Assembly (NCBI RefSeq): GCF_018350175.1
Contig: NC_058368.1
Coordinates: 126,854,001-126,918,000, forward strand
Reading direction: 5' to 3'
Length of the DNA stretch: 64,000 nucleotides
Source of the DNA: Felis catus
Lineage: Eukaryota
Part shown: positions 27,623 through 40,803 of the stretch, piece by piece
Position numbering within the stretch: the first letter of the stretch is position 1
Layout of the letters: the number at the start of each line of letters is the position of its first letter
Notes under the pieces: generated by a model
What the model was told of the DNA's origin: nothing
Database searches by the model: none
The model's input: only the letters and a program-made list of their open reading frames with translations
Translations under genes and position numbers: made by a program

Positions 27623-30600
27623 TTTAGACACTCAAGGACATTAGTTAAGGGGGAAAAAAAAATTAAGGTGTATTATTAGTATTTAGAGAAGGAAAAAAAA
27701 CCCTAACTTATAAACACAAAATATGCTGCCACACAACAGAACATGATTTACCAATTAATTTGTCATTTGCAGAAGTTAGTATGTATACTTGTCAGAGGTT
27801 AAAATATCTTTTGCCCCAAAGCAAAAGTGAATAGATTTGAGTACTCTTTCAGAATTATGGAGAAGTGAAATATCTGAATTGATAAGTATATAATTTTTCC
27901 TTTTAAAGTTTTTCCAAGTAGAAGGTATAAGATTTTTTTGTTTCTCAGCATCCATGGGATTTCCCAATCCATATCTCTAAAGTCACATAAATACAAAACA
28001 GGTCCATTTTCAATACGCAACTTCATTTCTTCACAAGGTATTTTATTGATGCCATGGTGACTATTTTATCCTAAAAAACACTGGAATTAACTTACAACAA
28101 TCACATGGCAATACCCAATTCCAAAATTCTCAAAACTTCATGCTTTCCCATCCATCAGCTGTTTCTTAAAGTGTTGCCCTTTGATTACCAAAATAGCCCA
28201 AATGGGCCTTTAATTTAAATATGCCTTAATATTTATCTTAACAGAACCAATAATTATTTTCTATTATGTGGGTTACTATTAGATACTTGATCAAAAAAAG
28301 TCAAAACACATTTTACTCTAATATTCAGTAGCCTTTAAAATTTTGAATCTCACCATAAATTCTCACTTAAATCTAGGAAAAAAGAGAGTAGTGAATTTAC
28401 TATTTAGTGATGTATGAAATGTAATTTCTAACTCCGTATTGAGTTTATTAGAATTTAAGAAAAAAAAATGTGCTTCCCTGGATAATTTATACCAAGGTGT
28501 CCTAACTCAAGATAATTTGGCAAATCACTTCCAAAGTCCATCTTATTGACCATGTAGATTAGATACAGGAATTTATCACAACAGATCAATAAAAATATTT
28601 CAACAGACTGTTGAATGTAAGAAATGTATATTTATATTCTCCTGTAGAGAAAACTGAAGAATTGACCATAATCAGTATAAATTTTTCTGGTTGTTAATTT
28701 ACAGGTCTAAGGAGCTTATTCTCAAACTCAGGAACATAAAGATCATTTTTTTTTGTTCATGTATTTTCTTAATAACTTGTCTCTAATTATAAAATGCATA
28801 CATGATACTGATAATCTAGAAAGCTATATAGAAAAAATTAGAAATCATGTATATGCCAATTGCTCAGAGATAACCATAGATAATTACCTATATTTCCATC
28901 TATGTCTTATTTCTCACATTTATATGTATATATTTTAAGTTGTCATCAGGCAGTATACAAAACAGGCTGCTGCTTGGTTTCACTCAGTATTATACATTCT
29001 GATATCCTGGGAAAAACTGGCGGCCTCCTAAGAATATTCAGGAAGACATTTATGATAGTGTTCAAAACATTTTCTGTCCATCTTTCATGATATTATATTT
29101 TCTTGAGTTAAAGTTATAAGCTATTAACTAATTAAATGAGTTAATAGAAAGTGTCTTGTTTTTTTTTTTTTGCCAGGCACATAGGAGATGCTCCTCAGTG
29201 AGTTCCTTCTATCTCCCAGGTCACTGGGCCTTTTATAGATACCTGATTTTTATCACTCCAGGACAGATCGAAGATTTAGCTATAGTTATGCCCACAAAAA
29301 CTACACAGAAATATCTAGCTCCCCTACCCATTCCCAAAAGTAATTTGGGATATTAATAACATAGGAGATAATCATCATGATTCAAAAATAGAACAATAAT
29401 TCAACATGCAAGGCCCAAAGACAAGTAAATCCTTGCTTAATTAATGAAATTAACTCTCAGAAAAATCTACTCTTTAGGCAAAACAAGGCCAAAGAGAGTC
29501 TGCTAAACATTTAAAACATATACTGAATGAAATATCTCTTTGAACTGAAATTGTCCATGCTACAACTGCCTGCATGGCAAAGTCTATTTTATAGAGGAGG
29601 TGGGGGGCTATGAGGGGCTTTTAGCTATTCCTAGCCCCCCTTCTCAGTCTCTACAGCAGCTGCTGTCCACCTGCCCTCCATGCATTTCTCTCCATGTAAG
29701 TAAAATATGATGCAAGCTTGGGAGTCGGGGAGGGTACAATTGGAAAAGTTAGACAGGGACCCAGTTTTTCCATAAAACTACCTTCTAACTTGCAAGCAAC
29801 CTGGTATAAGGAATATGTTGCCATATATGCCCTGCAGAAAAAGTACATGGTAACTGCAGGTGTGCTACACAAATTATTGGATTCTCTGGAATAATATAAA
29901 TAATGAATTTTAATTTTTCCGGCAGTTCACTTATGTAATTCCTCAAAAAAGCCAGTCACTACAGGTATAACTAAGGCAAAAAACACCAGTGAAAGGAAAT
30001 CTATTCTACAGATGGATAAATTTCAGGTTGCATTATCTACTGATTGTATCTGTATCATATACATATACTCCAAGACTACTCTTATGCTTTTGTTCAAAAC
30101 CCAGAAGTGTGGGTGGAGAAACGTTTCAGTGCACACCTATATCTCTACCAGGGTTTGTCAGGTGCTCTTAGGAAGGCAACATTTCCTCTTAACATGATTA
30201 CAGTAGACAGTATCTTAAACAATTCTCTTTCTTCCCAAGGGAACGGGTATGGGATATTAAAGACAGTTTTCAAAGAGTCATTAAGTTAGAAGACCATTTT
30301 CTAAAAGGAATTAAAATTGCTTCCCCCCCCTTTTTTTTGCTGTTGATATAAAACTTTCAGGAAAGCTAAATTAATAATCACAAAAATTACCATCAATGCT
30401 TTCACAACTGGTAGTTGATCTTACAATATGGTTTTGGAGTGTGTGGTTGGCTGTGCTAAAGAACAATACACTGAACGATTCAACAATCATTTTAAAACGT
30501 AAGTGGAATGTCTCTCACTTTAAGATAACTACATACCATTTACTAGGTTAACTATACAAAATTATCATGAGGAAAATGATTAGAAAAGGTAATAAAATGT

Positions 30601-31044
30601 GGTTTTCCTAGAACATTGTTACAGTTCTCAATTTACAGATTTAGAAGAGATAAAAGACAGAACTGATTTTACAAAAGAAAAAAGAAACTGGTTGGAAAAT
30701 GCAAAACAATTTAATTGAGCATTTAGATATTTTAAAAAGTGACCTCGACATATTTGCTGCTGATGAGTTCTTCTGATTGTTTTTGCTTTAATGGTACAAA
30801 ATAATATATGGAATTATTGTTCCAACAGTGAAAAAAAAGATTAAGATTTAAGTGAATGCTTTCAAACCCTTTGTTCTCATTATGCATCAGAATGAGTGCA
30901 GCATGTAAAGCATAAAGGAAGCTGAAAATGCAGTTGAAATAAGTTCTGTATTTTGCTTTTAAACTCCAGTTTTCCAATTTATGTTCTACATTTAAGACTG
31001 CTGAGGGAGCAAGATTAAATAATAAAAAAAATTAAAGTATTCTT

Positions 31045-31079
31045 TTAATATGAAATTTATTGTCAAATTGGTTTCCATA
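31045..31079 (-). mobile_element. Extremely 5'-truncated felid L1 3' tail with TSD
   Basis: Minus strand TATGGAAACCAATTTGACAATAAATTTCATATTAA, flanked by taaagtattctt at 31033-31044 and 31080-31091. Family assignment is from recall of the cat L1 3' end. Confidence 0.75.
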
Positions 31080-32652
31080 TAAAGTATTCTTAACTATAAT
31101 CCCTGTAATTCTGTATTCATGCCAATGTACTGGCTGCATTTTATATTCTCTTAGTGTATAATTAAGAAGGTGGTAAAGGTCATACATTAAGAAAATGCCT
31201 ACCCCGCCCCACCCCATCCCAACCAATATTCTACTAAAAATCATTTGAAAATGCTGCACTGTGATACACTGCAAGTTTGGTGTATATCAGCATTAAAAGC
31301 TAAAATAAGCACTGCATTGGCTGTATAAAAAGAAATCCTTCAAAATGCATAAGAATAAATATATTTATATTTGTCCTTAGGTGTTTTTAGCAGTATACTA
31401 TTAAAACATAAACAAGGTGGACAAGCAAAAATTTTCCTCAAAAAGATAAGCACTATAATTATTTATTTACATTCTTGGAGGTCTTGTTCATAATCATAAT
31501 ACAAATATGAAGCCCTTCAAAAACATATCAAATATGAGCTATCTAAAAGCTAAGAGATGAGTTGTAGGGAGATTATGGGATTTTCTTTTATTACTTTCCA
31601 TACTTTTCCATACTAAAAATTTCTTAAGCCAAAAAATGGCTAACAAAATTCAAATAATAAAAGTCTGTACATTTCAAAAACAATTAAAATATATCTGGGC
31701 CATCCATAGATTTTAGAGGAAGTGGGGAATCGTGACTCCTTGGGTAACTAAAAATGAAGTAAGTTTTCTTAGAATGCAAGTAAATCTCACAACAAGGAGA
31801 ATATTTTCCTCTAAAAAGAAACAAAGAAAATGAAAAATATTTCAATCTGAGACTCCTTAAAGTAACAGAAAAGGATTCTTAAAAATATGTACTGTGATTG
31901 GCTCAAATGTTTAAGAATAGATTTCAAATTCTGAAGTGATGCTTCATTTAGGACTGAAAAACGTTTCTCTACCTCCTGCTTCTATTCCAGAGATAGGATC
32001 GCCAGGCTAGCATTATCATGAGGCAGGCATGAGGCTTGCCAAGAAGGAATACAATCTTAGTAAATTCAGTGTATTACTTCATTTCCTGAGATTAACAAAA
32101 GTTATCATATGAACTTTTATATTTCTTCAAGTTTTACAAGTAGATAAGCCAGTTTTCATTTTAATAATATACCAAATAGTTATGAAATGTCAGTTTTTAA
32201 TGTCACCTAGAGCTTTTGTATCTGAAGATTTAAAAAAAAAAAAAAAGAACACTCATCGGGTCAAAGTGATATATTTTTAGGAAGAGCCACAAATTAATTT
32301 TTATAAACTTTAAGTGCTACATATGAATTGGAACCCATACACCAGCATAATTAATTTGTCCCAGTAATTTATTTCCATTAATTTTGTATGATTACCTTCA
32401 TATTTAAAAGCACAATTCAAATCTATACAACATGACAAACCGAAGAACCAATGAAAAGATATTTTAACATGCAAACTATAGCTAATAAAAGTTATACAAT
32501 TTCTCCTTATCTTGACCACTAAAAACACACATTACTTCTGTAACTCACATCTAAGGGAAAAAAATAAATGACTGTTAAAGCTTAATGCCATAGTAATTTA
32601 TTAAAACTATCAGTTATGTAATCAGAGCAATTAGGAGCTAAATAAATCTTAC

Positions 32653-32700
32653 CTTTATGTAGCCCCAAGACACTGACAGTAAATAGTTTGCTTCAGGCAT
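32653..32700 (-). CDS. PDE4D: PDE4D6 (supershort isoform) unique first coding exon
   Basis: ATG CCT GAA GCA AAC TAT TTA CTG TCA GTG TCT TGG GGC TAC ATA AAG|gtaaga = MPEANYLLSVSWGYIK. A at -3; phase-0 donor fits the FKRML exon; gives 518 aa. Confidence 0.95.
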
Positions 32701-33330
32701 TTTTGATTGATTATATAAAGAGACAATTAGTTCTAAAATATGTATATTTTCAAAAACCTTGATACTTTGTAACAATATCCGCAAGCCACAGAGAGTGTGG
32801 GTTTTTGAAGATTTTTGGTAATTAAGTATACATAAGAAAGCCTTTCATTAGATCCCATCCAGCCGTCTTCCCATTGAACACATGCCATCTGTAAAACTCC
32901 AGAATGGAACAGAATTCTACAACTATTCTGAATAAAGAAAATTCATGTGATAAAGAAATATCTAAAGATCTAAGGGTCTGCATCTTTTTCTCCCTGAGCT
33001 CCAGGGCTTAATGAATAATGTATATCAAGATGCTTAGCTGCAAGAAAGACTAGTTCTGTCAAAAGCTACCAAATAAGGAACTGCGGGGAAGCCAGGAAGA
33101 GTGACAAGAAACCCCTCCCATAAAAGCCCAACTATGCACCAATCACACTCCATCCCCGGGTCTATCAGGGCAGGGGGGTGTGGATTCAGAGCAAGCTGCT
33201 TCCTGATTGGTTGGCAGGGGCGAATCTCTGGGGAGGAGGTTTTTCTCTTCACCTCTGCTAAACGCCATTTAATAATGATATCCCTACAGCTGAGGCTGCC
33301 GTGTGAAAAGATGAATGGGGTTTCCCTCTC
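32701..33330 (-). promoter_or_regulatory. PDE4D: Probable PDE4D6 5' UTR and promoter
   Basis: Lies upstream of the PDE4D6 ATG; local GC rise at 33080-33330 with CCAAT boxes at 33139-33143 (+) and 33206-33210 (-). Confidence 0.5.
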
Positions 33331-35225
33331 CCAGTGATGAATATAGACCATAAAACTTTTCAAAATTCATAGTTCATTCTTAAATAAGGATTTCCAACCT
33401 TTTCTGAGTCCTTTCTATGCATTTTAATATTCTCTGACTTCTTCGCTTCCTTCAAAATAAAAGTTGGTCTGAAAATGGCCATTAGGCATTTTAACTACCC
33501 CCTTCTCTCAAATCCAAGACAAGTGGCTTCCCCCTGGTGACACAGATATAACCAAAGTTCTCCCTTCATCCAACATAAAAGCATACTGTGATTATAAAAT
33601 ACAATTAATGTCCAGAATTTAAAAATGGGAATGATACATTTCCTCACCCGTGGGGCATGGCTGTTCTCAGCTCCTTTTGTTTCTATTTTTACATGTGTCT
33701 GAGCTCCACAACCCTAAAAATCTAAAAGTGGGTATAATTTATCATGAATCTGGTGGTGGGGGGTGGACTGAAAGCTAATGCACTGTGTATAGTTAAAGAA
33801 TGCAGAGTTTGGTGTACAGATTTCAAGATCTGTATTTTGACCAGACGAGAACATTTTTATGACTGCTCACAAAGTTAAGAAAGGTATTAACAGGGGTCTT
33901 GGAGGAATACAACATTGATATCAAGAATAATCATGCCTTTTGTAAGGAGACTTAAGAAATCTAAATTTTTTCAAAGAAAACAATCTTTTCTATTTGATTT
34001 GGGGTCATATTATTCTGTACCTTGTATACTAAAGAAGACCTGTGGATAAAAAAATGAGGAAAGTCTAGCTTTTACTCTATTTTACCATAAAATTCTGTTG
34101 GTTCTACCTCATCCCCATCTCAACACACTTAACTGATTTGTGCTTCTGTGACTTGCTGATATTGTCAATTTTCAGTTTTCCTGCATTTGGTTTATCTGTT
34201 CTAGATAGTGCGGGAAACATCCGTGTTCTACTCTGCCTCTCTTGAAGGTGTAATGGGTCCTTGGCGCCCAAAGTCTTCAGCTGCACTTAACACCTGTTGT
34301 GTTAATTTCTCACATTCCTCTTAATCCTTTACAAAATAAAAAAAAAAAAATTAACCCCCCCCAAAAGGTCACTAAAACTGCCTTCAGAATAAAAAGGTGT
34401 TCCTCTTTCCTTGTTTCTCACTCTCCTTAACTTCTCACAAGTGTTCAGTGATGTACTCTCTCTAATCTCCTTCAAATCCCAGGACTGTCAACTGCTTTGG
34501 TTTTCTACCCACTCCTCTGACCATGCCTTTTTGCTTTCTTGTTTTCATCCGCTAGCTTGGGATATCCACAAGACTCTGTCCTAGGCCACGCTCTTCAGTG
34601 ACTGCTTCTAACCTGAATTTCAGCACCGTATTTCCCAGTGACTTGTAAGTTCCCTCCCTTGTCAAATGCCCTGCTACTCATCACAAACTTTTTCAGAATT
34701 GATGGATCCATTTTTTGATTTTAAGTAGTTCCTATTATAACCACTCTCATTTCAGTCAGTGGGTTGAGATTTCTCCCAGTATCACAGACTGAAATCTTTG
34801 TCTCTTTGCTACCATTCAACAGGCATTTCATGTGAGTCAGCCACTATTAGGTGTTTAATATAATCATCTAACGGGATCTCTGAATAACTCTAATGTGTTC
34901 CCCATCTGTATCACCTTCCCTCCGTCAACTTTACTACCAAGTTTTCTTTTATAAAATGCCTTTTTGTTTAGTCTGTTCCTTCCCATCCCCACTCCTATAA
35001 TCTATATCGATAGGCTTAAACCCTGAGAGAAATGGAAAGCATCTTCAGTATCATTTCCTCTAATTCCCTGATTTCCACATAAAGTGAGACCTAGAGAGAG
35101 AAAATGATTTTCCAAGTTCATACAGGTACTAAGTACATAGGCTTTGTATCAAATCCTTTAGTGCATACTCTTTGACAAATGATCTCAGTCTTAGCGTATC
35201 AGTTTCTTCACCTGTAAAATTGGGT

Positions 35226-35771
35226 TGTTAGGGTAGTTAGTCTCCAAAGATGCCTCCTAATGAGACATCCTACCCTATGTTGAATCTGAGCTGGTTTCTA
35301 TAACCAACAAGTAGTGCTGTCACAAGTCTTGAAGTCTTCACCTTGGTTACTTTGTGCTATTAGGATCCCTGAGGCACCCCGCTAGCAAGCCTGACTATTC
35401 TAAGACTACCATGCTATGAGAAAGCCCATGCTAATGTTAGGTAGAGGCTGAAGAGAGGTGGGGGCAGGGAGTGGGGTGGAAGGGAGAGAGAGACAGGGAG
35501 AGCAGATGTGTGCCTGGACAATCTCTAGCTCTGTCAGCCATTCCCCCCAGAGCCAGACCTGAGAGTGAAGAAGCCATCTTACTCATCCTGCCAGTGGAGC
35601 CTTTAGATGACTCTAGCCCTAGCTGCCACCTGACTGCAACACATGAGGGAATCAAAGTGAAAATGTTTAAGCAAGCCCAGTTTGCCCACAAAACAATAAA
35701 AAATTAGCAAATTGATATTTTAAGTTCTAAGTTTGAAGTGATTTGTTTTATAGCAACAAATAACCAGAACA
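35226..35771 (+). mobile_element. MLT1 (MaLR) solo LTR inserted into a MIR
   Basis: 'ctccaaagatgcc...gctatgagaaagccca...gagtgaagaagccatctt...tttatagcaacaaataaccagaaca'; MIR halves on either side ('cagtttcttcacctgtaaaat' / 'gaggactaaataagatta'). Confidence 0.75.
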
Positions 35772-35932
35772 GTTATTATGAGGACTAAATAAGATTATAT
35801 ATGCAGAGCACTTAAAACATCTGATACATAGTGACAAACAGATATTAGACGGTGATGATGATGATACAATCAATGATGTGGATTATAACAACTATCCCAC
35901 TATGGGATAGTTTTTTAAACTCCCAGGCTTAT

Positions 35933-35934
<2 letters not shown>

Positions 35935-35979
<45 letters not shown>
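35935..35979. repeat. (TG)22 microsatellite
   Basis: Perfect TG run. Confidence 0.98.
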
Positions 35980-35981
<2 letters not shown>

Positions 35982-36497
35982 CATATCATGTTTTATTTTA
36001 ACTGCATCACATCATTATTTGTCTCAGACCCAAAACCCTAAGTCCTTATAAGTGCTTAACTCTTCTTCTTTGGCTTTTCTCCTTCCAATTCTATACTCAC
36101 CTCTCCCGCCAGGCCAATTTTTCTCAAAGCCAGCCTCAGTCTGCTGCTCCAAAGCTACCACCTAATCACTTGGCATCACCTGCCTCATCACATCCATGTG
36201 AGTTCTAGATTGACAACCTGTGACCCTAATCCCCAACTCCAAGCCCAAATCCAATTGCTCTTTATACCCATGCTCTGGTCCTGAAAGGCTAGTATTCCAC
36301 TCAGCTCTATGATTTAGCAGACAATCCCATATCTATTTTTACCTTCACTGAATTCATTGCCTAGAATACCCTCTTTCTCTTCCTCTACCTCCATTAAACT
36401 TTTTACAGAAAAAGTCAGATTTAAATCATTCAAAGTATATCTCAAGGCCAAATATCTCAGCCCTTCTCCAAAGTCTATTCTGCACTCACTCCTGTAT

Positions 36498-37095
36498 TTC
36501 ATAAATACTTTATTAAGCTCCTACTGTATGCCATGCACTGTCATGGATAATAGGACACAGCAGTGAACAAAGCAAAGGGTTTTTACCTGGAGCTTGCATT
36601 GAACAACTAAGTCAGCATATATATACTAGGTCATGTGGTGATAAGTACAATGGAGAAAAAAAAAGGGTAAGAGGCTGTGGCGTGTTAGCAATGTCAGTTC
36701 CTGTATTATAAAATGATCAGGGATAGCCTTTTTTTTAATGTTTATTTTTGAGAAAGAGAAAGAGGATGCATGTGTGCAAGTGGGGGAGGGGCAGAGTATC
36801 TGAAGCAGGCTCTGCACTGACAGCAGTGAGCCTGACGTGGGGCTCGAACTCATGGACTGCAAGATCATAACCCAAGCTGAAGTCAGACACTCAACTGACT
36901 GATCTACCCAGGTGCCCAGGGATGGTCTCTTTGATGAGACAACATATACTCAGAGATCTGATGAAAGAGAGGGAGGGAGAAAGTCATATGGCTATATGGG
37001 GCAATGGAGAGAGAGGAGTCAAATGAGGGGAACACCAAGATCAAAAGCTCTAAGATGGGAGAGAGCATGCTTGGTGTGCTTCCAAAGAGCAAGGC
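36498..37095 (-). mobile_element. L2 fragment interrupted by a SINE
   Basis: 'ataaatactttattaagctcctactgtatgcca...cagcagtgaacaaa...' resumes after the SINE. Confidence 0.65.
36729..36917 (-). mobile_element. CAN-SINE
   Basis: 'tttttaatgtttatttttgaga...ggggctcgaactc...cccaggtgccc'; degenerate TSD cagggat. Confidence 0.9.
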
Positions 37096-37404
37096 GTGCC
37101 ACACAAATATTATTTAAATCCAAATTATGCTTTCTATCCATCCATCAATCTATTCTATTCTTTGACTAACTTAAAACTAAGTTACTTCTATTTTTAACAA
37201 GTATTTTTATCCTGATAAAAAATTCCTAAATACTCTTCCAACATACACACTTTACAAAATACACCTACATATACTAAATAATTCCTATATAGACACTTTA
37301 AAAGAATCCAGTGTCATGGCTTATCAGTAACATACAGGAAAAATTATATTAAACACTGCAAAATACAAATGCTTGTACGCAGGTATATTAAAAAACAAGC
37401 CAAA

Positions 37405-37580
37405 ACTTTAGATCTTACTATCACTTAACTGTGTGACCTTGAGAAAGTTATTTCAAGTTTCTCAGTTTACTTCATCTTTGGTTTACTTGCTTGGAAAGTG
37501 AAAAGAATAACAGAAGCTACCTTACAGGTTGCTGTAAGGATTAAGCAGGCATACACGTAAAGCACTCAGAACAGTTAAGT
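37405..37580 (+). mobile_element. MIR
   Basis: 'ctgtgtgaccttgagaaagttattt...taccttacaggttgctgtaaggattaa...gtaaagcactcagaacag'. Confidence 0.75.
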
Positions 37581-37869
37581 GTTCTGTTAAGTGTTTGCTC
37601 TGCTTCCTCCAATATATGGAGAATTACCATGAATGTGACAGCAACACGGAAACGAATACAGGAGTACTGTATTAGAAAAACAATCTTTTTCCAAAATGGT
37701 GAATGACTCTTGAAAGGTTTCATATGTAACAAAGTACAATTCTCTTTCAGTATACACTGTGGTAGCATTACTGAAAAAATTAGTGTGGATTAAAATCATG
37801 TAAAAAAACCATTTTGTGTTAAAAGTAAAAAGTAGCTGTGTTCCAGACTCAGAATATTGTAAGTGAATA

Positions 37870-38045
37870 TTTTGCCTATGTGAATGGTTTGTTGGGACAC
37901 AAAACAATTCCTCCTTGGTAAAGGACTATCCCAGATATTCCAGGACACCTAGCATCCCTGGCTTCTGCCCATGAAATGCCAGCAGGACACCACAATCAGT
38001 GCACTCTGAAATTTCCTAAATGTTCTCCAGTGTTAAGAATCACTG
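37870..38045 (-). mobile_element. MER20-like degenerate MITE
   Basis: 'tagcatccctggc...aaatgccagcag...gttaagaatcactg'. Confidence 0.5.
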
Positions 38046-38788
38046 TTCCAGTTACTTAAACTGCCTTCAACTTTGCCTCCTCAACCAGGGTAGAGGGTCT
38101 TTGGGGCAAGGAAGATACCTTATTCTTTCTTTATACTTTCCAAAATAATTAGTGAATCACAAGCACAAAAGATTCAACTGTAAACCCCTAATCCAGTGCA
38201 GTAAAGGCGATAATAATAATGATAATAATAGTAGTAATGTTACAGTAACATCAGGTAAAAAGTATTAAAGAAGATTTACATATTTTTAAGGAATAAGAAA
38301 CATTTTTTTCTAAAGCTCTGAGCTACATTAAAATTCATTTCATTTTTCCCCTTATGAGAGACCGACTAGATGCTCCTTCTGTTTGTCACAGTAGTAGTAG
38401 CTGGCAGAAAAAATCTAGACAAACCAGAGGAGAAATTTGGATGGGGTCAGAGAGATATAATTCTTAGAATCAGACCTAGCTTCTGACAATTTTAGTGAGG
38501 AAAGTGTAACCTGGTACAGCATTTGTTAAGCACGTACTATGCACCAAGAACTTTATATATCTTAACACTAACCTTTGAAACATCCTGGTTAGATAGCTAG
38601 TATACCTTTGCAGTGGAAAGAGAGGTACTCTAAAACAGTCAATAATCTGCCCAGGATATGACAAGGCTGACATATCAGGCCAGGTCTTTGCTATTCATAG
38701 TGTATGAATAGATTGTCATAGAATTACGTGTTTACAAACTGTGTGATAAATGGTATGAATTTAGGGGTGGAATCACTTATCCTTAAAA

Positions 38789-38899
38789 GTTTATTTATTT
38801 ACATAGTTTTAGTGTTATCTACACCCAACATGGGGCTCAAATTCATGACCCTGAGATCAACAGCTGCATGCTCTTGTGACTGAGCTAGTCAGGCATCCC
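38789..38899 (-). mobile_element. Short CAN-SINE
   Basis: 'cacccaacatggggctcaaattcatgaccctgagatcaa...tcaggcatccc'; TSD cttatcctta. Confidence 0.85.
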
Positions 38900-40267
38900 A
38901 GCTTATCCTTATTTTTTGCACTCATTTTGCAATATCCTGAATTAAAGAACCATTGTTACTATCACTGTGGTCGGATCTCCAGACAGGGTGGATCATACTA
39001 AGCAGCAAAGTCAGGAAGCTTGTGACCAGAGACAGGCAGCCTCACCTGGCAGTGAGAAAGTGGCTTACATGTCTCACATGTAAGGGACAGTGGGACAGTG
39101 AACACTTACATGTGGGAGTGCTCCATGAACGAAACACAGATGTCGTTGCACACAGCTAGAATTCATATTTCTTCACTGGTTGTCTGCTATGCTCAAACAC
39201 CAAAATGACTATAGTATATACAAATGTGTGTGTGCCTGTACTGAAATTAAAAATATATTTAATTCTTTTTCTGTCTTTTCCTAATAATATTCCTCAAAAT
39301 CTTTGGATACCACTCCTCTTTTATTCTTCATTTTCTCAGTCCTCAAATGATACCTCAAGCAATCAACCTTTCTGGATTATTTACTTAAGTTTCTGCTGAT
39401 GGAATCAAGTCTTTGATACACTAACAATTGCTGGAATTACAACTTTACAACAGATGTTAAGAGGGGTAAGATACATTTTTGACTAGGGGAAAAGAAAAAC
39501 AAACCAAACTATGAAGGAACTGAGGCTCAGTAGTCAAGTGTCTTATCCCAGGTCTCAAAGCCAAGTAGCAGAGCTGGGATTTAAACCCAGGCTTTCTGGC
39601 TGCACAACATTCTAAATTGCCAAAAACAATTTAGGGATTAATCTGTAGTTAGCCTAGAGTCTATAAACAATATGTTTACTAACATAATAGATTCTAAGCC
39701 GTACACTATATTATTTTGCTTGAAATATTCAAGAAACATTATTTAAAATAAGTGTACCGGTGACTTTTACATTTCTACAACCTAAGGGATTTTTCTGGAA
39801 ATAGCAGTGTTTTTAAGAGGACTAACACCTTCGGAAAATATTTTATTCTATAATCAATCTATATTGATTTTACATATTTCTACTTAAGATCAAAGTTCTG
39901 GGAACTGTTATTAATCAAAAAGCAAATCTGTGTGAAGTGGGCTGCCACATATCCAATACTGTTCAGCTTAACATATGCAAATCCTGTTGTTAAATGCCCC
40001 GTGAAGAATTCTGAGGCAAGAGGAAACTTCAAATATTAAATACAATAACTACTGTACACCAGTGTCTCTAAAATCACTCAGCGTTCCTTTGCTTTCACTA
40101 TAAAAAGTTTAAGGGGCAGGCAATAATCTAGAACTCATCTATAACCTATATTTTAAATAACAGAATTTCAAATCTGTTCTAACATTATAAAAACTACACT
40201 TTCTCTGATGAACGCTAATTACAAAAACCACCTTAACTCGAGTAAATCCAGAAAATCGGTTTGTGTT

Positions 40268-40286
40268 TACTGCCCTCTAGTGATAA
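40268..40286 (-). promoter_or_regulatory. Candidate CTCF site
   Basis: Minus strand TCACTAGAGGGCAGT resembles the CTCF core CCACTAGRGGGCRC. Confidence 0.5.
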
Positions 40287-40556
40287 TGGATCCAAACACG
40301 ATTTAAGGAACAGCTCTGTTCCTAACACTCATCACATTTCAGAAAACAAAAATGTATCTTACATATATTATAGAAGCTTGAGACTAAGAGGAACTACAGG
40401 TTGATTTTAAAAATGGAATCATTATCTGAAAAGGCTAAGGATCATTTTGCAATTAACCTAATTTGAGAATTTTCACCCAAGTTTTATTGAAAATAAGAAA
40501 AACCTCTAACATTTACTGAAAAAGGGAGTTCCAATACAAGAAACTGTATTTTTGTA

Positions 40557-40739
40557 GGGGTGCCTGTATGACTCAGTTGGTTGAGCATTTGACTCTTGAT
40601 TTTGGCTCAGGTCATAATCCCAGGGTTTTGGGATCGAGCCCTGAGTTGGGCTCCATTCTGAGTGTAGAGCCTTATTAAGATTCTTTCTCTCTCTCCCTCT
40701 GCCCCTCGCACCCAATCCCACTCTCTCTAAAGTAAAAAA

Positions 40740-40786
<47 letters not shown>

Positions 40787-40803
40787 AAATTTAAAAAATA
40801 AAA
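40557..40803 (+). mobile_element. CAN-SINE with (TAAA)n tail
   Basis: ggggtgcctgtatgactcagttggtt head; (AAAT)n at about 40737-40786. Confidence 0.9.
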
